Below, piece after piece: positions 11,165 through 64,000 of a stretch of DNA of 64,000 nt (position 1 is the stretch's first letter; the number at the start of each line of letters is the position of its first letter). Made by a program: the position numbers and the translations under genes. This DNA is from Centroscyllium fabricii (Eukaryota), in assembly GCA_051313645.2 (NCBI GenBank), contig JBNRSN020000015.1, positions 42,842,001 through 42,906,000 on the forward strand. The letters run 5' to 3'. The notes under the pieces were generated by a model that was not told the DNA's origin, ran no database searches, and saw only the letters and a list, made by a program, of their open reading frames with translations.

Positions 11165-13283
11165 CAGTCTATGTATCCTTTTAACAGCAAACAGCACGAC
11201 ATGCAAGCTGTGATCCTGACCAATGGTTCCACCACTGACCCAATTCAAATACAAACCGGGGTCAAGCAAGGCTGTGTCATCGCACCAACGCTCTTCCTCG
11301 CTGCAATGCTCAATCTCACCCTCAGTAAGCTCCCCACTGGAGTGGAGCTAATTTACAGAACAAAAAGGAAACTGTTCAACCTCAGTCACCTCCAATTCAA
11401 TTCAAGTTTTATTGTCATTGCAGAGTACTAGTACAATACAACGAGATGAAGACTCGCCGCTCCCAAGAGTAGTGCAAATAAATTACATGCAATTGCATAC
11501 AGTAAAGTACATTTTCAGGTGTGCAGGTACCGGAGTTTTTTTTTTTTTTTTTTTATTTTTTTTATTAAAGAGTTCAGGAGGCTGACAGTCCTGGGGAAGA
11601 AGCTGTACTTAAATCTAGTCGTGCGGGTGCAAATTGATCTGTAGCGTCTCCCAGAGGGCAGGGGGGCGAACAGACTGTGGCTGGGGTGTGTGGGGTCTTT
11701 AATAATGTTCAGAGACCTCCATAGGCAGCGTTTGAGGTAGATGCTTTCAATTGACGGTAGCTGGGTACCGGTGATTCGTTGGGCAGTTTTGACTACCCGC
11801 TGCAGGGCCTTCCAGTCCGAGATGGTGCAATTTCCATACCAGACTGTGATGCAGCTTGTCAGTGTGCTTTCGATTGTGCAGCGGTAGAAGTTGGAGAGGA
11901 TGCCGGATGACAGCCTGGCTTTTTTCAGCTTCCTTAGGAAGTACAGGCGCTGTTGGGCCTTCTTAACCAGAGAGGAAGTGTTTAGTGACCAGGAGAGGTC
12001 TTCCGAGATGTGGACCCCGAGGAACTTGAAGCTGGACACCCTTTCCACCTCAGCCCCTTGGATGAAGATGGGGGGGTGTCTTCTGCTTTCAGTCCTCCAG
12101 AAGTCCACTATGATCTCCTTAGTTTTCTTGGTGTTCAGTGCCAGGTTGTTGTCGGCACACCATCCCACAAGGCGCTGGATCTCATCCCTGTAGGCTGACT
12201 CATCGTTGGTGGTGATTTGGCCAACCACCAGATCCAGTCCAGATCCTAGGTCATCCCATCCTCTGTCGTCGAATTACAGTATGCAGACGATGCTTGCGCC
12301 TGCGCACACTCGGAGGTCGAACTCCAAACCATTATCAACACCTTCACTGAAGCGTACAAGAGCATGGGTCTTACACTAAATATCCGCAAGACAAAGGTCC
12401 TCTACCAATCTACCCCCGCCACAGTACTGCCCCGATTATCAAAATCCACGACAAGGCCTTGGACAACGTGGACCACTTTCCATACCTCGGGAGCTTACTG
12501 TCAACAAGGGCAGACGTCGACGACGAAGTCCAACACCGCCTTCAATGTGCCAGTGCAGCCTTCGGTCACCTGAGGAAGAGAGTGTTTGAAGACCAGGACC
12601 TCAAGCCCAGCACTAAGCTCATGGTCTACAGAGCAGCAGTGATACCCGCCCTCCTGTAAGCCTCAGAGACATGGACCATGTACAGCAGGCACCTCAAAGC
12701 ACTGGAGAGGTACCACCAACGCTGCCTCCGCAAGATCCAGCAAATCCTTTGGCAGGATAGGCGCACCAACGTCAGTGTTCTCGCTCAGACCAACATCCCC
12801 AGCATTGAAGTTTTGACCACCCTTGATCAGCTCCGATGGACGGGTCACATTTTCCACATGCCAAATATGAGACTCCCAAAACAAGCCCTCTACTTGGAGC
12901 TCCGACACGGCAAGAGAGCCCCAGGTTGGCAAAGGAAACGCTTCAAGGACACCCTCAAAGCCTCCTTGAAAAAGTACAACATCCGCACCGACACCTGGGA
13001 ATCCCTGGCCCAAGACCGCACAAAGTGGAGGAGAAGCATCAGGGAAGGCGCCGTACACCTAGACTCTCTTCACCGGGAGCAAGCGGAAGACAAGTGCAGG
13101 CAGCGCAAGAAGCGCACGTCAACCCAAGCACCCCACCCACCCGCCCCTTCAACCTCTGTCTGCCCCACCTGTGACAGAGACTGTAGGTCCCGCATAGGAC
13201 TCAGTCACCTGAGAACTCATTTTTAATGTGGAAGCAAGTCATCCTCGGTTCCGAGGGACTGCCTTAAGAAGTCGTCGTCGTCG
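11165..13283 (+). mobile_element. RTE-clade LINE (RT half), interrupted by a Rex1-type element
   Basis: TGVKQGCVIAPTLF, LQYADD (about 12275-12292), FPYLGS and C-terminal CPTC zinc finger; same family as 5075-5681. Confidence 0.9.
11394..12228 (-). mobile_element. Rex1/Babar-type LINE 3' fragment
   Basis: Uninterrupted 237-aa frame DESAYRDEIQRLVGWCADNNLALNTKKTKEIIVDF...KKAQQRLYFLRKL; tail CAATAAAACTTGAATTGAATT. Confidence 0.85.
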
Positions 13284-14560
13284 TAATTACTGCCAAACAA
13301 CCTCTCTGGCACTGGCACAAAACAAATGTAAATATCTTTGTACTTTTTCTTTGTCTCTTTTCTCTCTAATGGCTCGGATATTAAACCCTGCATGGCACAA
13401 GGCCCCTATTGTTATAAAGCGGTGTATCCTCTGACTCACCACGAATAATGCCACAAGAGAGTTAGTAATAGAAGATAGCAGTTTGCATTCATATGCCTTT
13501 CATATCCTTGGGATGTCCCAAAGTGCTTCACACTAATATTACTTTCCGTTTGTGAGAGCTTACAGTGTGCAAATTGGCTGCCACTTTTACCTATACACCA
13601 GCAACTACACTTACAGCAACTACACAAAGTAATTCATTGGTTGTGAAATGCTTTGGGACAACTGGAGTGTCAAAGGCACTATATAAAAGCAAGCTCTGCT
13701 TTTATTCCTTTCTTTCCCTGCATGGGCCTTAATCGTGCCAACAGTCTGAATGTGCCAACAGTATTGCCTTCATGTATACTGTAACAAAACTGTACAGTAA
13801 CTTTGCTATATATGGATTTTTTTGTCTCAACAAAAACAGATGTTGCATGAGTTGGGCTCTATGAAGGATCTATTAAATGGAATTGGCACTGAACAAAGAT
13901 CAAGGTAGCATCAACTGGGGATGAAATGAGGTAGAGCTCTGCAGTCAATAAAAGGTAATGTGGTGCACAGTAATTTGTACAGTCTAAAAAGCTTCATAAA
14001 ACGTTTCTAGTTAAATTGCTCTTCAAAAAGATTCACTACAGAAATGATAAGCTTTATCATAGAATGGTTACAGCACAGAAGGAAGCCATTCAGCCAGTCG
14101 AGCTCATGCCGGCTCTCTGCAAGAGCACTTCAGTTAGTCCCACTCCCCCGCAGCCCTGCAAATTAAGGGAAGAGTATAGATCAGAAACAGAATAAACAAT
14201 AGGTGCACTTTCCAGACAAAATTCTGGGTATGTTAGTGGCAGTTATGCAATCAGATAAGTTTCTGGGTACAAGATATACAAGTATACATTTGAACAGGAC
14301 TCTGGGTAGGGACTATGCAGCTGCAAGGGCAACTGCTACACATCATATCGGATCCTGGGTCCAACACTGCAGCCTGTGCATGACCCAGGGATTCTGAGTT
14401 ATATGGGGCAGGCATGTACTTTTGTGAAAATCACTTCTCATTCCAGCTTGTACACAAAACAGTGAGCAGTGTTCCAGAAAGTGTGTGAATAATCACAATA
14501 CATTTCTTAATATGAAAGATAAATCATTTGCAAAAGTTCAAATTCATTTCACATTGATTC

Positions 14561-14566
14561 TTTATT
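14561..14566 (-). terminator. GTF2H1: Probable GTF2H1 polyadenylation signal
   Basis: AATAAA on minus about 465 nt after the stop codon, within AT-rich unique sequence. Confidence 0.55.
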
Positions 14567-15028
14567 TAAAATATCCAGATTTTCCATCGCCTCAGTTACA
14601 AACAGGATCCAAAAACAGGGCTACACTTCTGAAAAAGTTTCACATTTACATTGTGCCATTCTTGTTTAAAACTGTACACAAAAATGAAAAAAATGTTTAT
14701 GCTAGAAAAGCCGTTTCTAAATATACTCAGTTATCATTTGACAGAATCTTTGTGCACAGAAGAAGCACTGCCTCCCCAAGCTGTGTTGCACAGGAATTAG
14801 GTCCTGTAGCTCTCTCCTGTTTTGGTCAGCTGGTGAGAGTCACCCCGAGTGGTCCATCTTATTGCATTTCTTTCTCCCAATGTTCAGCTCTGTAAATTAC
14901 ATTGAGTCTCTTCAATGTCGCAGGGCTCCCAGTCCAGCATAGCAGGTTGGTGAGCTGGTAGCATGTTCTGCTGGGACTTTGCAGGCAACACTATCTCTCG
15001 CTCTCAAACATCTCGAAACAATACAGCA

Positions 15029-57649
<42,621 letters not shown>

Positions 57650-57999
57650 GACAAACGGTTTGTGAGTGGATTCTGCAAAGAAAACGCAAAGTAATGGCAC
57701 TCAATTTTTTTTTAAATTCACTCACAGGATATGGATGTCGCTGGCAAGGCCAGCATTTATTGCCCATCCCGAATTGCACTAGAGAAGGAGGTGGTGAGCC
57801 GTCTTCGTGAACCGCTGCAGTCTGTGTGGTGAAGGTACTCCCACAGTGCTGTTAGGTAGGGAGTTCCAGGATTTTGACCCAGTGACGATGAAGGAATGGT
57901 GATATATTTCCAAGTCAGGATGTTGTGTGGCTTGGAGTTGATCTTGGAGGCGGTGGTGTTCCCATGTGCCTACTGTCCTTGTCCTTCTAGGTGGAAGAG

Positions 58000-58107
58000 T
58001 GTTTAAATGAATCTCGTCACTTCACCTGAGGAAGGAGCTGCGCTCCGAAAGCTTGTGATTTCAAATAAAACTGTTGGGCTATAACCTGGTGTTGTGTGAC
58101 TTCTTAC
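58000..58107 (+). mobile_element. 108-bp Penelope family-B mini-element (hammerhead plus tail)
   Basis: Perfect 11-bp TSD AGGTGGAAGAG (57989-57999, 58108-58118); matches 34185-34273. Confidence 0.9.
58022..58058 (+). ncRNA. Minimal type I hammerhead ribozyme, intact core
   Basis: TCAC-CTGAGGA-A-GGAGC.TGC.GCTCC-GAAA-GC-TT-GTGA; palindromic AGCT in place of stem III. Confidence 0.8.
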
Positions 58108-59217
58108 AGGTGGAAGAGGTCGCAGGTTTGGGAGGTGCTGCCGAAGAAGCCTTGGCAAGTTGCTGCAGGGCCTCTTGTAGATGGTACACACTGCAACCAC
58201 GTTGCACCAATGGTGGAGGGAGTGAATGTTTAAGGTGGTGGATGGGGTGCCAATCAAGCAGGCGTCTTTGACATGGATGGTGTTGAATTAGTGGAGTGTT
58301 GTTTGAGCTGCACTCATGCAGGCAAGTGGAGAGTATTCCATCACACTCCTGACTTGTGCCTTGTAGATAGTAGAAAGGGTTTGGGGAGTCAGGATGCAAG
58401 TCACCGAGTTTACATGATTCATTCGAGGCTACAAAACAACCTAGTCCAGTTTTCAAATAGCTCCTAATGTAAGCCAGTCAAATAACCTCATTGTTTCAGG
58501 ATACAAACTGGTGCTAAACTATTTAACATGGTCCATTCCTCATTATGAACACTCTTTCTTCCAACAGTGAAGCATCCCAGAGCAGGTCAAGGAACATTAC
58601 AGGGACAAATATTTACTTCTTAAGTATACCCAGTTACAAAGAGAATCCTGCCAGGAAAACTGGTTGAAGCTAGATCACTGGACCCATTTAAGAAACAGCT
58701 AGATGCTGTAATGGGAAATTGATGGTGTTGATAATCTAGAAGGATATGAAATGAGCCAAAGGGCTTCTTCATCCAAAACCATCTTGCAAATCCAGTGTTT
58801 GCTGTAAAATACTCCGTTTTGCATAGAGCAGCGCTTTTAAAATATGGTAAGTAACCATTAACTCAATTGCTCTTTCATTTTTCTCATGCAGCCCTTAAAA
58901 AAACAAGAAAAATAATTTTGTTAAATGCTGACAATATGGTTTAATGGTGAAAGGGCCCGAATTTAAAAAAAACATGCACAGCTGAAATGGTACAAGTGTT
59001 GATAATACACTAGCTTTACAGCCATCAGGAAAAGGTCTGCCCTGAAATACATGATGCCCCTCACACCAACTTCAAACATGTTCTCTCCATCTTCCTCCCA
59101 ATCCTCCTCCTCCTTTTCTATTGTTCATCATAAGCTGCAAATACAGTCTTCCACCTCCCTACTGCAGGTACAGCAACAGGCTTAGCCAAGCAGCCTGTCT
59201 AAATAATGGACGCTTAC

Positions 59218-59291
59218 CAGAAGCGAGATACCAAAGGGCAGCCAACCTTTGACCTTCAGCATGAGCGACGTCTTCAGGAGAGATAGGGGAG
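59218..59291 (-). other. Candidate 74-nt 5' UTR exon of GTF2H1
   Basis: GTTTTTTTCTCTCCAG acceptor and CTG|GTAAGC donor in apparently non-repetitive sequence. Confidence 0.45.
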
Positions 59292-60029
59292 CTGGAGAGA
59301 AAAAAACAACATGTTTGCAAGAAGAAAAGGTTTTCAACACCTGCACTCGATGCCCAACTGAGGCATATCATTTGTTTAGAACACTTTCAGTGAAATTAGG
59401 ATAGGACTCTGCAGTCTGGACCAGCATAAACAGCAGTCAGGCCTGACAAAGCACCGACAATTAGAAAAGTGACAAGACCATGGATATAGGAATGATGGCT
59501 TTAGGACAGTCTCAGTGACATAGAAGTAAGGCAAGGTGGCTATAGGAAAGCTTCAATGACAGATACGGGGAGATGGGTACAGGATCTGCTGAGTGACTTG
59601 AGTATAGGGCGAGGGCAGTACAGATAATGAATAGAACGCTCCTCCTTACAGAACCACAACACATCTTCAAGCACTCTGAAGTCTCCTCTGAACGAAGGAA
59701 TTCTTTATTACACAGGCAACAAGCACAGATCAACAGACTATCTGTTGACCGAGGTTATTTAATGCAGTGATGCCAATATACAATAGGACAAAACAAAAAT
59801 CACATTTTAATGTTTGTGATACATCTCTTACTCTGGTCCAGCTGCACCTTGATTTTAAAATTCTCATCCTGGTTTTCAAATTCCTCCATGGTCTCACCCC
59901 TCCCTATCTCGAACCTCCTCCAGCCCTACGGGATGTCTCCGCTCCTCCAATTCTGGCCTCTTGTACATCCAAAAATTAAAACTAAACACTTTTTTTTATT
60001 TTTTTTTATAAACGTGATAAAGTTAGGGC

Positions 60030-61870
60030 TAACAAGACCAATGAAAATCACAAGGAACATAGAAAGCGTAGTGAGGATGTGAACAGGGAGATTTGAAGGG
60101 CTTAGAGAATATGAAACAAATGCTAGCAGATAACATAAAAATAAATATTATGGGCTTTTGTAAGTTAATAAAAAGTAAAAGAATTAGGAAAGAGTGGATA
60201 GGACCACTCAGGAATGAAGGTGGTGAAAAGTGAAGGTATGAAATAAACATTTTGTACTTTTTTTTTTACATATGATGGTGGAAGTGAGAACCTGGTGTAC
60301 TGGAGAAGAGTATAGAGTAAGTGATGGAGCCAACTGTAGAAAAGAAATTGGATCTACAAAAATTAGCAGAACTCAGGGTGGATAAGAAAGAAAAAAGACT
60401 TTCATTCATATAGCATCTTCACCACCTCAGGATGTCCTAAAGCACTTTACAGCCAATGAAGTACTTTTGAAGTATAGCCACTATTGTAATGCAGGAAATG
60501 TGGCAGCCAATTTGCGCACAGCAAGCTCCCACAAACAGCAATTTGATGGTGACCAGATAATCTATTTTTTGTTACATTGATTGAGGGATAAATATTGGCC
60601 AGGACACCGGAGATAACTTTCCTGCTCTTCTTGATACCGTGCCATGGGATCTTTCACTTCCACCAGAGAGAGCAGACTGGGCCTCGGTTTATGCCTCCTC
60701 CGAAAAACGGCACCTCCAACAGTGCAGAATTCCTTCAGTGCTGCACTGGAGTATCAGCCTAGACTTTTGTGCTCAAGTCTCTGGAGTGGGACATAAACTT
60801 GTAACATTTTAGACCCTGATAGCATGCATACTGACTAAAGTCAGAAATAAGATAGCCGAGGCTCTGGCCACAATTTTTCAATCCTCCTCAGATATGCAAA
60901 TATACTGGGGAAGTGAAAAATAACCAATGTAACAACTCTGTTCAAGATGAAAGGACTAATCAGATAACCATAAAATAGTCTAACATTAGATGAGGGCAAA
61001 CCTTTAGAATCCATCATTTGAGATAAAGTTAGTAAGCATTTGGTTAATCAAGAACAGCCAGGATGGATTTGCTAGCAGCCAGTCAAGTTTCACAAATTTA
61101 ATAGTCTTTTTTTAAAGTGACATTTGAGGGGATAAAGTGAATGCAGTGTATATGAATTTTCAAAAGGCATGTGTTTTAAGCAAAATTCAGGTACTGTATA
61201 TGGTATAGAAAGAAATATAGCAGCATGAACAGAAAGTTAGATGATGGGCAGAAATTAAGTTACGGTAAACCATCCAAATGTATCGAATGGCGCAAAGTTT
61301 CTGTACTTGCACAATAGATACTAACTAAACTTGCCACAGAAAGTTAGGGCTTGTTCATTTCTGTCCACTTACTGCAAGATTACAGAAATTAAACAGGCAA
61401 GGGCATGTTCACCAGTTACAGTAAATTCAGGCCCAATGCCCTGAAGGTGCAGGTATAGGCAGATAAACCCATTAAAAAATGCCAACAGCATTTTAGTTTG
61501 TATAAATAGGTGCATAAGAGTACAATAATAAAGCAGTTATGATAAATTTGGACAAAACATTCTCCCTTTAAGCAGCGCGGCACAGTTGAAATGCTATGTG
61601 CGGTTTTGGGTACCCCCTTATAGAAAGGATATTAAAGCCAGAGAGGATACAGTGTAGGTTCACCAAGACGATGCTGGAAATGGAAAACTATAGTTCTGAG
61701 ACGAGACTGGAGACATTGCGACTATTTCCACTGAAGCAGAAGGCTAAGAAGAGATGTAATAAAGTTTCTTTTAATTAAGAAGGGCTTTGATAGAAGGATT
61801 AGGGAAAGGCTATTTCCTTTGGTTGGGGAGTCAGTGACAAGGGTGTGTCAATTTAGAATCGTCACTGAAT
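60030..61870 (+). mobile_element. Very old CR1 remnants with nested DeuSINE and MITE-like pieces
   Basis: Decayed IFQSS, VYMNFQKA and RFTK motifs. Confidence 0.6.
60390..60800 (-). mobile_element. DeuSINE (SacSINE1-like)
   Basis: Colinear with 4665-5060. Confidence 0.85.
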
Positions 61871-62329
61871 GACAGAGGTCTTTACAAACTAAGGAGCATC
61901 AAAAATCAGTTACAGCAAGTGTCAGCAGGCAATTCAAACATGAACTATGACACAGCCCAGCCGGACTCACCAAACGTCAGAATCAGAAGGAGGACATCTG
62001 GCAGATCTCACCTCCTCCCCCACACACCCCCACCCCACCCAGCCAGAGTGCCAAGGACAATTGTAGCAAGAGACTTGGAATGAAAAATTATGGTACTTTG
62101 GGCTCAGATTTACCATAGGCTGGTAATTAGGCTCTCTCGGATATATAGAGCAATAAGCTCCCTGGTGAGGTACAGTCATTTGCTCGGGATCATTTGACAA
62201 CCACTTGCAGTTCTGCCACACAATGTGGGAGGAGATTCCCAGCCGCAGAGAGATTAATGCAAACAAAAATAAACAAGAGCCTAAAGATTGCACACTACAA
62301 CACATAAACTTAGTTTCTAATGTGACGGT

Positions 62330-63922
62330 TTGTGGTCTCTGAAATGGACTCGGCTGTGATGCCCAGTATGGTTCAATACGCTCACTGTCAAGGTTAAAGC
62401 ATGGAGAATGATCATTTGGGTGAGATAATGGAGAACAGTCACTGCCAGTGGAACTTTAACCCAGGAGACAACACGGGAAGAGAAAAGCACACCCTCCCAT
62501 CTCCCTTTCCTCCTACCCTCCCTCCCAACAACCTCGCCTCCTAGCTCTTCTGTTCCCTCAGTCAACTCCAAATTAACCCCTTCCCTTTACATTGCCCTTC
62601 AAAAATGTCTGCTCTCTTGTTAATACATCCCTCATCACTTATATCATCTCTGCAGAAGAATGTGTCAGCAGTCTCAGCTTTACCAGGAGTCAATTTGCCA
62701 AAAGCAATTCTTCTCCACTCAGGAAAGCTGCCCTTTCCAGTTTCTCACACCACATCCCTCACCCTCGATGCAGTGATGATGGGACACCTACAATCGCAAA
62801 ACCATATTGATTTTCCCCCTAATTCTCTTAAAATCCTCTTCACCCACTGTATTCCGAAACCCCCAAGTCCTCACTAAAATCCATCACTCCTGTCTTCCCT
62901 TTGACCCCACATTGAATGACTATTTATTCTCAGCGATTTCCATCTTCATCCAAACTCACCTTACCTCAGTTCTACTAACTTCCTTTCCCTTCTCAGATTC
63001 CTTAACTTCATCCTCCATACGGATTCCCCAATGCACATACATGGTTATCCCCTTAATCTCAGCCACACAGTGCCTCAAGACTTCCGAGACCTCACTCTCT
63101 GATAGAACTCACAAACACCACCGCCTTACTTCCCTTGTTAAACACAATCACCTGGCAGCCCAAAATATCTGTTGCAATTTCCTTCAACTAAACACTGGGA
63201 AGTTTTCAGCTCTCAAGACAAACTCTATACCCTTGACAACAACTCCATCTCCCTCCCCAGCCACCATCTCAGGCTGGACCAGACTTTGCACTACCGCGGC
63301 ATCCTATTCCAACCCAAGCGGAGATTCTTCTCCATCAAAAAGGCTGCCTACCTTCACCTCTAACATCGCTTGTCTCCGTGCTACCTCAGCCTATCTGCTG
63401 CTAAAACCCTCATCAGTGGTCTACCACCTCTGGACTCAAATACGCCAATGCTCTCCTGGCCAGCCTCCTTCCAAAAACTACAGCTCACCCAAAAACCTCA
63501 CACCCCTCTCCTATCCCGCACCAAGTCCCGTTCGCCCATCACACCTATCCTCGCTGACCTACATTGATTCCCAGTCTCCCAACACCTCCAATTTAAAATT
63601 CTCATGCTTAAATCACTTCATGGCCTCATCCCTCCATAATCTGTAACTTCCTCCAGCTCTACATCCCCCACACCCAAACTCTAAATTCCTCTTATGCATC
63701 CACCGCTCCCTTTATCCCACCATTGGGGGCCTGCCTTCAGCCAGCCCAGGCCCCACCCACACTCTGGATTTTCCTCTCCAAACCCCCTCCACCTTTCCAA
63801 GTTCTTCTCCTCTTTAAAACCCACTTCTTGGTCACCCCACCTATTTTCATTTGGCTCAAAGTCTAATATTTTGATTATGTCACTATAAAGTGCTTTCAAA
63901 AATAAATGCAAGCTTATGCTGT
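62330..63922 (+). mobile_element. Old L2 LINE remnant
   Basis: CNFLQLNTGK, SPITPILADLH*, ATAAATGCAAG tail. Confidence 0.7.
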
Positions 63923-64000
63923 TGTACATGACACAGCTCTCTTCTGATTCGATTCATACTTATCAACACTACATATTTTCCAATGGTTTGTCCTAACTTG

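Larger units (their letters stand above)
57703..58405 (-). mobile_element. 3' fragment of the 44.3 kb LINE family, interrupted by a mini-PLE
   Basis: IGTPSTTLNIHSLHH...; A-rich tail at 57703-57714. Confidence 0.88.

Noticed and set aside
62807-63646. 279-aa ORF
   Set aside because: Off-frame read through a C/T-rich decayed L2 element
59300-64000. GTF2H1 promoter, first exon or HPS5
   Set aside because: No CpG island or recognisable exon; probably lies beyond the right edge of the window

Overview
This is eukaryotic vertebrate DNA, most likely from a shark or other elasmobranch, judged from HE1/V-SINE, SacSINE1-type DeuSINE and HER1-type CR1 repeats. It holds the complete coding region of GTF2H1 (TFIIH p62) on the minus strand: 14 GT-AG coding exons from ATG 57649 to TGA 15029, 1647 nt (548 aa), with a polyA signal near 14561. 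A CpG island at about 3.9-4.5 kb looks like the promoter of the next minus-strand gene (LDHA by vertebrate synteny, inference only). It is flanked by a GC-box/half-CRE minisatellite and a G-rich minisatellite. The rest is densely nested retroelements (CR1, L2, RTE, Rex1, four SINE families) and MITEs. The most unusual signal is a set of Penelope-like elements (PLEs) from two families. Two are large head-to-head palindromic insertions (1.46 kb and 2.27 kb) that retain only the Cys-linker, GIY-YIG domain and ribozyme tail and have clean 10-12 bp target-site duplications (TSDs). Two are roughly 100 bp insertions that are little more than a minimal hammerhead ribozyme, each with its own TSD. There is also a candidate 5' UTR exon that would create a uORF overlapping the p62 start codon. 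One assembly gap lies at 33922-34183. Repeat boundaries are approximate and family names are from recalled consensus features, not database searches.
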